From Thermodesulfovibrionales bacterium (lineage in GTDB: Bacteria > Nitrospirota > Thermodesulfovibrionia > Thermodesulfovibrionales > SM23-35): DNA of 64,000 bases. Below the pieces are notes generated by a model, which made no database searches, had not been told where the DNA came from, and was given only the letters and a program-made list of their open reading frames with translations. The position numbers and the translations under genes were made by a program. This document shows, piece after piece, positions 11,554 to 21,275 of this stretch (position 1 is its first letter; every line of letters begins with the position of its first letter). The DNA lies in the NCBI GenBank assembly GCA_963715195.1, contig CAVQRT010000007.1:352001-416000 (forward strand). Direction: 5' to 3'.

Positions 11554-13863
11554 ATGAACCGAAAACTGTTTATCAGCGTTGCACTGATTTCGATTCTTCT
11601 CGGTGTCTCCGCCGGAGGGTATGTTGCCTACAGTATGGGAATTCCATCCATCGAAGAGATCAAACAGTATAAACCGACAGGCGGCACAAAGATTTATGCC
11701 GACGACGATGTGATAATCGGAGAGCTCAAGGCAGAGAAAGGCACCTTTGTTCCTCTGAAGAATATTCCGGAATCCATAATCAATGCCGTTGTTGCAGTCG
11801 AAGATGCACGCTTCTGGAAACACAAGGGGATTGATTACCTCGCAATAGCGAGGGCCCTCTTCAAGGACATCATCCACGGGGAATTGCGGGAGGGCGGAAG
11901 CACCATAACGCAGCAACTCGCCAAGGTGGTTTTTCTGACGCCCGAAAAAACCCTTCAGAGAAAGATCAGGGAAGCCGCCCTTGCAATAAAGATAGAAAAG
12001 AACCTCGACAAGCGGGAGATTCTCGAATTATATCTCAACAAGATCTATTTCGGTCACGGTGCATACGGCGTCGAAATGGCATCGCGAATCTATTTCGGAA
12101 AGCCGGTACGGGACATTAAGCTGCCGGAGGCAGCTCTCATTACCGGTCTCATCAAGGCCCCCTCCCTGTATTCCCCCTTCAACGACCTTGGAAAAGCCAG
12201 AGAGCGGCAGTATATTGTGCTGTCCCGTATGGTAGAAGAAGGGTACCTGAAAAAGTCCGAAATGGAGCAAGCCCTCAAACAGCCTCTCTCTCTCTCGAGC
12301 ATGAGAAAAGGCATTGACGCGAATAACTACTTCATTGAATACGTCCGGAAATATCTTGAAGACAAATATGGTATCGAGAAGGTCTATAAAGGGAATCTCA
12401 GGGTTTACACTACCCTCGACAGAACTGCTCAGACTGCAGCTGCAAAGGCTGTGCAGGATGGGCTCAGAGCGCTCGATAAAAGAAGGGGCTGGCGTGGTCC
12501 GATCGACCACAAAAAAGACCTCGATATCGGGCAGGAGATGAAGACCAGTGAACTGTCCACCATTGTTGCTACAAACCCCGGCGATCTTTCCACCGGTCTT
12601 GTCCTGAAAGTAACCAATAAGGAAGCAATCGTTAAGGTAAGGGGAGTCATCGGAAAGCTTGCCCCCGAGGATGCACAATGGGCATCGAAAATTCTCGATC
12701 TGGACAGCGGAAAAAGCCGGGTGCTAAAAAAATTTATCCTTCCACAGATCCTGCAACCCGGCGACATCGTGAAAGTGAGTATCAAAAGCGTTCAGGGCAA
12801 TACTATCCGTCTTTCCCTGCAGCAGGAACCTCAAGCAGAGGCCGCTCTGGTCGCTCTTGATCAGGAGACCGGGTTCATCCGTGCAATGATCGGCGGGTAT
12901 GACTTTGTAAAAAGCGATTTTAACAGGGTACTCTATGCAAAACGCCAGCCGGGATCTGCCTTCAAACCGATCATCTATGCTGCTGCTCTGCAGAATGGAT
13001 ATACTCCGGCAAGCATCATTACTGATGAGCCAGTGACCTATACCGGAGGGGCGCAGGGCGACTGGTCTCCGGAAAATGCCGACAATAAATTTCATGGTCC
13101 GACAACACTCAGGGAGGCGTTGACTTATTCGAGAAATGTCGTTACAGTAAAGCTGGTTGATGCCGTAGGAATTGATAAGGTAGTGGATTTTGCCCGGACA
13201 ATAGGTATCCAGGGGGAATTGCCCAGAAATCTGACGCTGGCACTTGGATCTTTGAGTATCTCACCACTTGAGCTTGCACTCTGCTACAGCGTTTTTGCAA
13301 ACGGTGGCTTGAAAGTCAAGCCAATTGCCATTAAATATATCACAGATGCAAACGGCAGTGTCCTTGAAAGCAATGACCCCGAGGCGGAAGAAGTGATCAG
13401 CTCCACGACAGCGTTTCTGATCACTTCCCTGATGGAAAATGTTGTTCAGCATGGAACAGGATGGAGGGCAAAGGCCCTCGGCAGACCGGTTGCAGGCAAA
13501 ACAGGTACAACGAATGACTACAGAGACGCCTGGTTCGTCGGCTATACACCAAATCTGACCGCAGCGGTTTGGGTGGGTTTTGACGATACGAAACCGCTCG
13601 GAGCACTGGAAACAGGGGCACGCGCAGCGTCTCCTATTTGGGTATCGTTTATGCAAAATGCCCTGAGCGGTCCTCCCGAGGCATTTACCGTTCCCGAGGG
13701 AATCGTCATTCGTACCATTGATCCGGGAACAGGCCTTCTCGCGAGGGAAGAAGCTGACGGTGTGCGGGAATATTTCAAGGAAGGAACAGAGCCGGAACAG
13801 TATACGCCATCACCTTTCTTCCGCAGGATATGGGAACAGGATACAAATCTTAATTTTGATTAG
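11554..13863 (+). CDS. mrcA: Penicillin-binding protein 1A (class A PBP)
   Basis: TM anchor, EDARF, GGSTITQQ, SxxK (GSAFKP), SRN, KTGT; OB-like insert. Confidence 0.92.
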   Translation: MNRKLFISVALISILLGVSAGGYVAYSMGIPSIEEIKQYKPTGGTKIYADDDVIIGELKAEKGTFVPLKNIPESIINAVVAVEDARFWKHKGIDYLAIARALFKDIIHGELREGGSTITQQLAKVVFLTPEKTLQRKIREAALAIKIEKNLDKREILELYLNKIYFGHGAYGVEMASRIYFGKPVRDIKLPEAALITGLIKAPSLYSPFNDLGKARERQYIVLSRMVEEGYLKKSEMEQALKQPLSLSSMRKGIDANNYFIEYVRKYLEDKYGIEKVYKGNLRVYTTLDRTAQTAAAKAVQDGLRALDKRRGWRGPIDHKKDLDIGQEMKTSELSTIVATNPGDLSTGLVLKVTNKEAIVKVRGVIGKLAPEDAQWASKILDLDSGKSRVLKKFILPQILQPGDIVKVSIKSVQGNTIRLSLQQEPQAEAALVALDQETGFIRAMIGGYDFVKSDFNRVLYAKRQPGSAFKPIIYAAALQNGYTPASIITDEPVTYTGGAQGDWSPENADNKFHGPTTLREALTYSRNVVTVKLVDAVGIDKVVDFARTIGIQGELPRNLTLALGSLSISPLELALCYSVFANGGLKVKPIAIKYITDANGSVLESNDPEAEEVISSTTAFLITSLMENVVQHGTGWRAKALGRPVAGKTGTTNDYRDAWFVGYTPNLTAAVWVGFDDTKPLGALETGARAASPIWVSFMQNALSGPPEAFTVPEGIVIRTIDPGTGLLAREEADGVREYFKEGTEPEQYTPSPFFRRIWEQDTNLNFD

Positions 13864-13873
13864 GGGGTAAACA

Positions 13874-14179
13874 ATGGAAACGAAAAGACATATCTGGAAA
13901 ACAGCGGCAATCCTCGGTATTTTCATTCTCCTGCTCATACCTTCTCTTCTCTCAGCGCAGGAAAATTCCTATGATAAAGCCGTCCAAGCCTATATGAAAA
14001 AGGATTTCAAAACCGCTGTCAGAATTCTCAGGGAATACGGAAAGAAAAACCCTGATCCGTATGTATATTATCTGCTGGGGTATGCATTGTATAAGCAGAA
14101 AAAGCATGCTGAATCTGCAAAGTATTTTCAAGAGGCGTACGTTCTCGATCCGAACATTTCACCGGTTGTAATGAAATAG
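13874..14179 (+). CDS. Small secreted TPR protein
   Basis: Signal peptide; TPR-like YYLLGYALYK...AYVLDP. Confidence 0.75.
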   Translation: METKRHIWKTAAILGIFILLLIPSLLSAQENSYDKAVQAYMKKDFKTAVRILREYGKKNPDPYVYYLLGYALYKQKKHAESAKYFQEAYVLDPNISPVVMK

Positions 14180-14202
14180 TGTATTGTCATAATGTCGCAG
14201 TT

Positions 14203-14485
14203 TGTTATTGTCCGGTTTGACCGGATAATCCAGTCTCTACAATAATCGTGCTTGAAAAACTGGATTCCCCGACCGAGAGGCAGTGTCGCAATGTCATTCT
14301 AAGGCCCAAGCCGAAGGATCTCGGTTTTATCGCACATTGATCTGATGAGATTCTTCACGGAGCCTGTCCTGAGCAAAAAGGCGAGATTCTTCGCTTCGTT
14401 CAGAATGACAGGATGCGAATGGTTCAGAATGATAAATTTACATTTCAAGGTAATTGCGGCACAGCTTCCGAGCAGGAGAACGACA
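14203..14485. repeat. Nested REP/MITE-like composite
   Basis: Outer REP pair interrupted by a TIR-bounded insert that contains GTCATTCT.../...CAGAATGACA REP-like units. Confidence 0.7.
14277..14468. mobile_element. Putative MITE (192 bp, non-autonomous)
   Basis: TIRs GAGGCAGTGTCGCAAT / ATTGCGGCACAGCTTC (13/16 complementary) flanked by CGA on both sides. Confidence 0.55.
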
Positions 14486-14539
14486 TAAGTATTTGAAGTT
14501 TTACATTATTTTATTGGCTTGATCAGGCAATTCGGAATA

Positions 14540-14568
14540 TTGACATTTCATTTGATGTTATGTAATAT
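14540..14568 (+). promoter_or_regulatory. Sigma70-type promoter of atpBE
   Basis: TTGACA-17 nt-TAATAT; SD AGGAGG before ATG 14598. Confidence 0.7.
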
Positions 14569-14597
14569 AACCAAACTTTTTCGATCAGGAGGCACAT

Positions 14598-15290
14598 ATG
14601 GAAGGTTTGCACGAAGTACTGTTGATGGATGCGTTTATCAATCCTGAAGTAATTCCCCATAATGTCAGCCATGCCTTTCTCGTCTCGGTTCTGCTGATTG
14701 TCGCAGCCTTGATAGTCAAGGGGTCGTTGCGTCTGGTGCCGAGAGGCTTCCAGAATTTTGTGGAGATGCTCACCGAACAGATTCTGAAGCTGGTTGACGA
14801 CACCATAGGACTTAAATGGAGCAGATCTCTGTTTCCTTTCATCTGTACGATATTCCTTTTTATACTCGTTGCGAATCTCATGGGCCTCATACCCGGCTTC
14901 ATGGCGGCAACTTCTAATGTGAACACCAATGCTGCAATGGCAGTACCGGTTTTTTTGATGTACAATTATTACGGTATAAAGGTCCATGGTGTCCATTATC
15001 TCAACCATTTTCTTGGCCCTATTCGTTCACTGGCTGGCCTCCCGCTCATGATCATGATGTTCTTTATAGAAATCATCGGTCATTTCGTCCGTCCGATTAC
15101 CCTGACCGTACGACTTTTCGGCAACATGACCGGGAAACACATCCTGCTGCTCGTTCTGGGTATTATCTCTCCTGCGATTATTCCTTCGGTCATTCTCGGT
15201 CTCGGCCTTCTGGTCAGCGTTGTTCAGGCACTTGTCTTTACCCTTTTAACCACATGTTATTTCGCCGGTGCCGTTGAAGAGGCACATTAA
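14598..15290 (+). CDS. atpB: F0F1 ATP synthase subunit a
   Basis: [13 protein letters not shown] (essential Arg), VQALVFTLL. Confidence 0.96.
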   Translation: MEGLHEVLLMDAFINPEVIPHNVSHAFLVSVLLIVAALIVKGSLRLVPRGFQNFVEMLTEQILKLVDDTIGLKWSRSLFPFICTIFLFILVANLMGLIPGFMAATSNVNTNAAMAVPVFLMYNYYGIKVHGVHYLNHFLGPIRSLAGLPLMIMMFFIEIIGHFVRPITLTVRLFGNMTGKHILLLVLGIISPAIIPSVILGLGLLVSVVQALVFTLLTTCYFAGAVEEAH

Positions 15291-15322
15291 TTACCATATT
15301 TCAAGAAAGGAGGAAGGTAATA

Positions 15323-15679
15323 ATGAAGAAAACCATCACAACAATTCTTATCGCCCTCACCCTGATCGTTGTACTGGCACCTGTATGCTTTGCTGAAGAA
15401 GCAGCAGCCGCAGGAAAAAGCACCAACATTCTCTATTACGCTCTCGCTGCCCTCGGTTCCGCAATCGGAATGGGTCTTGCAGCACTCGGCACAGGTATCG
15501 GCATGGGTACCGGTTTAGGTGGCGCATGCGAAGGAGTGGCAAGGAATCCTGGTGCATCAGGTAAAATTACCACAACCCTCATCATCGGTCTCGCGATGAT
15601 CGAGTCCCTCGCAATTTACGCACTCGTCGTCGTCCTCATCCTCATCTTCGTGAACCCGTTCGGGAAACTCCTCCAGTAA
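15323..15679 (+). CDS. atpE: F0F1 ATP synthase subunit c with N-terminal signal-like extension
   Basis: GxGxG, ARNP loop, IESLAIY carboxylate. Confidence 0.96.
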   Translation: MKKTITTILIALTLIVVLAPVCFAEEAAAAGKSTNILYYALAALGSAIGMGLAALGTGIGMGTGLGGACEGVARNPGASGKITTTLIIGLAMIESLAIYALVVVLILIFVNPFGKLLQ

Positions 15680-15699
15680 GAGTGCACGTTAAAGATTAC

Positions 15700-15730
15700 A
15701 AAAAAGGGCAGGTACCCCCTGCCCTTTTTT
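15700..15730. terminator. Bidirectional intrinsic terminator
   Basis: AAAAAAGGGCAGG-loop-CCTGCCCTTTTTT between convergent atpE and macro-domain gene. Confidence 0.9.
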
Positions 15731-16271
15731 ATGTGATTTTCTCAAATTCTTTCTTAAAATACCCTGCCGTCTGATCATCAAAGACGCAGAATTCGATGAC
15801 TTCAAGGCTGGTTTCAGGGTATTCCTGTATATAATAGATTGATTCTTTGACGAGTATCATTGCACACCTGTCTTTCGGAAATCCGAAAATGCCTGAGCTT
15901 ATGGCAGGCATGGAGATGCTTCGAAGTCCCTTTTCTGAAGCAAGCTGAAGGCTGCTGCGCACTGTGCTCTTCAGTTTTTCATCCTCATCACCCTCCCCCA
16001 TCCTCGGGCCTACTGCGTGGATTACGAATCGCGCGCGAAGCTTTCCCGCCCCAGTAATTGCTGCATAGCCGACAGGTACGAACCCGATTTGATCGCTCTC
16101 CTCCTGAATGATCTGTCCGCCTTTTCTGACAATCGCACCTGCTACCCCGCCACCGTGCTGCAGACGGGAATTTGCTGCGTTCACGATACCCTCTGCGTCT
16201 CTGTCGGTAATGTCCCCCTGAACAAGTCGGAGGGTTGTCCTGCCGATTCGGTGTTCTGCGATAATATTCAT
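15729..16271 (-). CDS. Macro domain protein (O-acetyl-ADP-ribose deacetylase/YmdB-like)
   Basis: GDIT, IVNAAN, GGGVAGAI, HAVGP, PAISSGIFGFP; GGAGG SD before ATG 16271. Confidence 0.92.
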   Translation of the reverse strand: MNIIAEHRIGRTTLRLVQGDITDRDAEGIVNAANSRLQHGGGVAGAIVRKGGQIIQEESDQIGFVPVGYAAITGAGKLRARFVIHAVGPRMGEGDEDEKLKSTVRSSLQLASEKGLRSISMPAISSGIFGFPKDRCAMILVKESIYYIQEYPETSLEVIEFCVFDDQTAGYFKKEFEKIT

Positions 16272-16346
16272 GATGACCTCCAAGTCCCCCTCGTCAATAT
16301 GACAATTCTATGATAAAATATTATAAAAACTCATGGAGGGATATAC

Positions 16347-17978
16347 ATACCAGCGCTCCACGGAAACATTTCAGGCCTTAAAGCAAGTTATCTGACTGCT
16401 CTCGAACGGATTTACCGGAGAAAGCTCCACCGCGAATTCATCAGCCCTGAGCTTGCCCGCTACCTTACCTCTCTCTCCCATGAAATAAACCGCCAGATCG
16501 GCATCCTTGTCAGCAGGTCGGGAAATATTACCCATGTGATTGTCGGAGATGCGAGGGGGATATTTATCCCTGCACTCGAAGATTATCCTTTGGGCAGAAA
16601 GGCTTTAAGAGGCTTGAGGCTTGTTCACACGCATCTTCAGGAAGAGCCTCTGACCCAGGATGACCTCACAGACCTTGCCCTGCTCAGATTCGATCTCATT
16701 GCGGCAATGGGGGTCAGACACGGCCTTCCCGGAAATATCTCTGTTGCCCATTTGACTCCTGCCGGCAATGAGCCGTTTGAAATCCTGCGTAATGAGAATT
16801 TCCATAATTTTGAATTTGATTTTCTCCCCTTTATAGAATCCCTTGAAGAAGAGATGGAGAGGATCAGGCACTTTAATCCTGACGACAGGAGGGAACGGGC
16901 CATCCTGGTCAGTGTTTCGAAACAGCCAAAATATGAGCAGCAGGATTCTGTCGCCGAATTGGATGAGCTCGCACGTTCGAGTGATCTGCTGGTCCTTGAC
17001 ACGGTAATCCAGAGGCCTAAGGAGATAAACCCGAGATATTTAATGGGAGAGGGGAAAATCAAGGATCTCATCATCAACGCACTGAGCAAAGGCGCAACTA
17101 TCCTGGTCTTTGACCAGGAATTAAGTCCTTCACAGATTAAGGCGATCAGTGAACTCACCGAATTGAAAGTCATTGACCGCTCCCAGCTCATTCTGGACAT
17201 TTTCGCGCGCCGCGCGCACAGCAGGGACGGTAAGGTTCAGGTTGAACTCGCGCAACTGAAATACCGCCTACCGCGCCTGACGGGAAAGGGGACCGCGATG
17301 TCCCGTCTTATGGGAGGTATCGGCGGAAGGGGGCCCGGAGAAATGAAGCTCGAGATTGACAGACGCCGCGTGAGGGAGAGGATCTCGCTCCTCGAAAGAG
17401 AACTCAGGTCTCTCGGTGAAGCGAGGAAACAGAGAAAACAGAAGAGGATCGAAACAGGCATCCCTATTGTATCGATCATCGGGTATACCAATGCGGGGAA
17501 ATCAACGCTCCTTAATTCCCTTACGAAGAGCTATGTGTTTGTTGAGGATAAACTGTTTGCAACGCTTGATACGGCGAGCCGGCGGTTGCGTTTTCCGCGG
17601 GAACGGGACGTCATTGTTACCGATACCGTCGGTTTCATACGGGACCTGCCGAAGGATCTTCTGACAGCATTCAAAGCAACGCTTGAGGAACTCGAAGATG
17701 CCGACCTGCTGGTGCATCTGATAGACGCCTCAAATCCGAGATTCGAACAGCAGACAGACTCCGTTGAGAATATTCTCAGGGATTTGCAGCTTCACGAAAA
17801 ACCGAGGGTCCTCGTGTTGAATAAAATAGACAGAATCAGTCGAGAAGAGACTTCAAACCTTGCCGTGCGGTACCATGCTGTCACTATATCCGCACGAGAC
17901 CCGTCAACGTTCGGGCCTCTTCTCAAGGCGATAGAGGAAAATATCTGGAGTGATAAACTTGTCGAAGCGGAGGTTTGA
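16347..17978 (+). CDS. hflX: Ribosome-splitting GTPase HflX, long N-terminal form; probable ATA start
   Basis: GYTNAGKS, LFATLD, DTVG, NKID; frame open upstream of GTG 16536 encoding HGNISGLK...RQIGILVSRSG; start codon inferred. Confidence 0.9.
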   Translation: MPALHGNISGLKASYLTALERIYRRKLHREFISPELARYLTSLSHEINRQIGILVSRSGNITHVIVGDARGIFIPALEDYPLGRKALRGLRLVHTHLQEEPLTQDDLTDLALLRFDLIAAMGVRHGLPGNISVAHLTPAGNEPFEILRNENFHNFEFDFLPFIESLEEEMERIRHFNPDDRRERAILVSVSKQPKYEQQDSVAELDELARSSDLLVLDTVIQRPKEINPRYLMGEGKIKDLIINALSKGATILVFDQELSPSQIKAISELTELKVIDRSQLILDIFARRAHSRDGKVQVELAQLKYRLPRLTGKGTAMSRLMGGIGGRGPGEMKLEIDRRRVRERISLLERELRSLGEARKQRKQKRIETGIPIVSIIGYTNAGKSTLLNSLTKSYVFVEDKLFATLDTASRRLRFPRERDVIVTDTVGFIRDLPKDLLTAFKATLEELEDADLLVHLIDASNPRFEQQTDSVENILRDLQLHEKPRVLVLNKIDRISREETSNLAVRYHAVTISARDPSTFGPLLKAIEENIWSDKLVEAEV

Positions 17979-19058
17979 TTGATTACAGAATTTACGCCGA
18001 AATGGATAGCGTGGGAAATAACGAGAAGGTGCAACCTGAGATGTGTTCACTGCCGTTCGTCTTCAGACACCGAGGCAAAGGCACATCCTGATTTCTCCAC
18101 AGAAGAAGCGTTCAGAATCATCGATGACATCAGCGGTTATGCACAACCGGTCATCGTACTCTCCGGTGGAGAGCCTCTTTTGAGAAATGACGTCTTCAAG
18201 ATTGCCCGCTACGGAACTGAGAAAGGTCTCAGGATGTGTCTTGCAACAAACGGTACGCTCGTGAGTGATGAGATATGTGAGAAGATCAGGGATTCCGGAA
18301 TCAGGATTGTTTCCCTCAGCCTCGATGGTTCAGAGGAGAAGGTGCATGATGACTTCAGAGGGCAGAACGGTGCCTTTGCAGGATCGCTCCGAGCAGCCGG
18401 ACTCTTTCGGAAACACGGCATCGAATTTATCATCAACTCTTCCTTTACGAAGAGAAATCAGGAGGAAATTCCAAAGGTATACGCGCTGGCAAAGAATCTT
18501 GGCGCCACAGCATGGTATATGTTCATGATTGTGCCGACCGGCAGGGGCGAGGAAATCATGAACGAGCTGATCACCAAGGAGGATTATGAGGAAATTCTCG
18601 ACTGGCATTATCATATGGAGAAAGACGAAAAAGATATTCTCGTCAGGCCTACCTGCGCACCTCATTATTACCGGATAGTCCTGCAGAAGTCGAAGGAAGA
18701 AGGTTCAAAATTTGAGAGGAGAACTTTGAAATTTTCCACTGGCGGCTCAAAGGGATGCATAGCCGGGCAGGTCATCGCGCTGATCGATGTGGACGGTAAC
18801 GTCCTCCCCTGCAGTTATTTTCCAAAACCCGCCGGGAACATACGGTCACAATCGTTCAGAGAGATATGGGAAAATTCAGAGCTGTTCAAAAATCTCCGGG
18901 ATTTCAAAAAATACAAGGGTAAATGTGGCTCATGCGAGTATGTGACCGTCTGCGGAGGTTGCCGTGCAAGAGCATATGCCGTCCACGGGGATTACCTCGA
19001 AGAAGAGCCATTCTGCGGATACAAACCGCGCAAACTAAAAAAAGTGGATAGCGGATAG
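17979..19058 (+). CDS. Radical SAM/SPASM heme biosynthesis protein (AhbD/NirJ-like)
   Basis: [42 protein letters not shown]; adjacent to hemE/hemH. Confidence 0.85.
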   Translation: MITEFTPKWIAWEITRRCNLRCVHCRSSSDTEAKAHPDFSTEEAFRIIDDISGYAQPVIVLSGGEPLLRNDVFKIARYGTEKGLRMCLATNGTLVSDEICEKIRDSGIRIVSLSLDGSEEKVHDDFRGQNGAFAGSLRAAGLFRKHGIEFIINSSFTKRNQEEIPKVYALAKNLGATAWYMFMIVPTGRGEEIMNELITKEDYEEILDWHYHMEKDEKDILVRPTCAPHYYRIVLQKSKEEGSKFERRTLKFSTGGSKGCIAGQVIALIDVDGNVLPCSYFPKPAGNIRSQSFREIWENSELFKNLRDFKKYKGKCGSCEYVTVCGGCRARAYAVHGDYLEEEPFCGYKPRKLKKVDSG

Positions 19059-19136
19059 GGATTATAGAATTAAACAAAGGAGTCCTATATACTACCTACG
19101 GTCTAGTATCTCATATCTTTTTAGGGGGTGGGTTTT

Positions 19137-20168
19137 ATGAACGATATATTTCTGAAAGCATGCCGTGGTGAAGAAGTTGATTACACCCCTGTCTGGCTCA
19201 TGCGTCAGGCAGGGAGATATCTCCCTGAGTATCAGTCCGTTCGGTCCACTATTGATTTTCTGTCACTCTGCAAAAGCCCGAAACTAGCCGCAGAGGTAAC
19301 ACTCCAGCCTGTCGATATTCTCGGTGTTGATGCAGCAATCCTTTTCTCCGATATCCTTATTCCCCTAGAAGCAATGGGAATGCATCTCGAATTTTCAGAC
19401 AAGGAAGGCCCTGTCCTCAGTGAACCAATACGGAACAAAACTTCTGTGGAAAAGCTGATTATTCCTGATGTGGAGGACGACCTGCCTTTTATTTTCGACA
19501 CCATCAGGATTCTTCGTATGGAACTGGAGCATAAAGTCCCTCTCATCGGATTTGCAGGCGCCCCGTTTACTCTGTCTACCTATATGATCGAAGGCGGAAC
19601 GTCAAAGAATTTCCTGCATACGAAAAAAATGATGTTCCAGAATAGTCAGGTCTTCCACTATCTCATGGAAAAAATAACCGACATGCTGATATCGTATCTT
19701 TCCTTCCAGGTAAGGGCGGGAGCACAGGCGATCCAGATCTTTGACTCATGGGCAGGAATTCTTGCGCCGGGTGACTACAAGAAATTTGCTTTCCCGTATG
19801 CCAAAAAAGTGATATCCGAAATAAAAAAGGAGCGGGTTCCGGTCATCTATTTTGTGAATGACTGTGCGGGCATCCTCAAGGAAGTTAAAAATTCCGGTGC
19901 AGATGTCATCAGTGTTGACTGGAGGGTTGACATCTCCGATGCGATCAAGAAACTCGGCAAGAAAGTGATCATTCAGGGGAACCTTGATCCATGTGCGCTC
20001 TTTCTCCCGAAAGAGAAACTTGAGGAAAGAGTCAAGGAAATCCTCTGGAAGGGTGAAACCGCAAAAGGTCATATCTTTAATCTTGGCCACGGTGTTCTTC
20101 CGCAGACGCCTGTTGAGAATGTAATCGCCATGGTTGAAGCCGTCCATACCTATGGAACAAAAAGTTGA
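19137..20168 (+). CDS. hemE: Uroporphyrinogen decarboxylase
   Basis: PVWLMRQAGRYLPEY, FSDIL, FNLGHG. Confidence 0.97.
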   Translation: MNDIFLKACRGEEVDYTPVWLMRQAGRYLPEYQSVRSTIDFLSLCKSPKLAAEVTLQPVDILGVDAAILFSDILIPLEAMGMHLEFSDKEGPVLSEPIRNKTSVEKLIIPDVEDDLPFIFDTIRILRMELEHKVPLIGFAGAPFTLSTYMIEGGTSKNFLHTKKMMFQNSQVFHYLMEKITDMLISYLSFQVRAGAQAIQIFDSWAGILAPGDYKKFAFPYAKKVISEIKKERVPVIYFVNDCAGILKEVKNSGADVISVDWRVDISDAIKKLGKKVIIQGNLDPCALFLPKEKLEERVKEILWKGETAKGHIFNLGHGVLPQTPVENVIAMVEAVHTYGTKS

Positions 20169-21172
20169 CCACGTCCCGAATAACGACAGGAGTTATCCTT
20201 CTCAATCTCGGCGGTCCCGATTCACTGCAGGCAGTAAGACCGTTTCTCTATAACCTTTTTTCGGACAGGCAGATCATACGGCTCGGACCTGAGTTCATGC
20301 AGAAACCCCTTGCATGGCTCATATCAACCCTCCGTTCAAAGAAGACCGAAAATATGTACAGCCAGATCGGGGGCAAGTCACCTATTCTTGATATTACAAA
20401 AGCTCAGGCAAAGGCGCTGGAAGAAGCATTAAATACACATGCCAATTCCCCTCATTCTTTCACCGTTTACATCGGCATGCGTTACTGGCGTCCTTTTACT
20501 GAAAAGGTTATAGCGCAAATCTCGAAGGATGGCATCAAAAAAATTGTCGGTCTGAGTCTTTATCCGCATTATTCCGTGACAACATCCGGCTCATCTCTCT
20601 CCAAGTTCAAAGAAGTCTCATCCGCTTATGACATGGAAATCCTTACTGTTGATTCATGGCACAATCACCCGTTATATATAGAGGCCCTCGTTGATGTCAT
20701 TAAAAAGGGATTTATGTCGTTTCATTCTTCTCCCTTAAGCCCTGAATCTTCATCCTTTGATCATATCCATGTCCTCTTCAGTGCGCATAGTCTCCCCCAG
20801 AAGATAATCGACCATGGTGATCCTTATGTTGATCAGACGCTGGGGACGATAAAGGAAATCGAGAAACTTCTCCCCGTCAAGTGGCATCTGAGCTATCAGT
20901 CAAAAAGCGGCCCGGTAAAATGGCTCGAGCCCTCCACGGAGGATAAGCTCGAAAAACTTGCGCGCGACGGCATACAGAATGTGCTGGTTGTCCCGATCAG
21001 TTTCGTCTCCGATCACATCGAAACCCTTTACGAGATCGATATTCTGTACAAGAACCTTGCCGAAAGACTCAATATCAATATGAAGAGAACGGAATCACTG
21101 AATACCCATCCGAAATTCATCGGGGCCTTACAAGACATTGTGCTGAAGTGTCTTAGAACTGAGGCGAAATAA
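20165..21172 (+). CDS. hemH: Ferrochelatase
   Basis: LLNLGGP, GMRYW, FSAHSLP, SYQS, FVSDHIETLYEID. Confidence 0.96.
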   Translation: MTTSRITTGVILLNLGGPDSLQAVRPFLYNLFSDRQIIRLGPEFMQKPLAWLISTLRSKKTENMYSQIGGKSPILDITKAQAKALEEALNTHANSPHSFTVYIGMRYWRPFTEKVIAQISKDGIKKIVGLSLYPHYSVTTSGSSLSKFKEVSSAYDMEILTVDSWHNHPLYIEALVDVIKKGFMSFHSSPLSPESSSFDHIHVLFSAHSLPQKIIDHGDPYVDQTLGTIKEIEKLLPVKWHLSYQSKSGPVKWLEPSTEDKLEKLARDGIQNVLVVPISFVSDHIETLYEIDILYKNLAERLNINMKRTESLNTHPKFIGALQDIVLKCLRTEAK

Positions 21173-21275
21173 ACCTATAGTATTACCTTGCTTTTTACCT
21201 GTAACATATGCTATTAATTACAAAATTTAACTTCTTACTTCAAAAATAAAGGATACTTTTCAAAAGATCACCATA

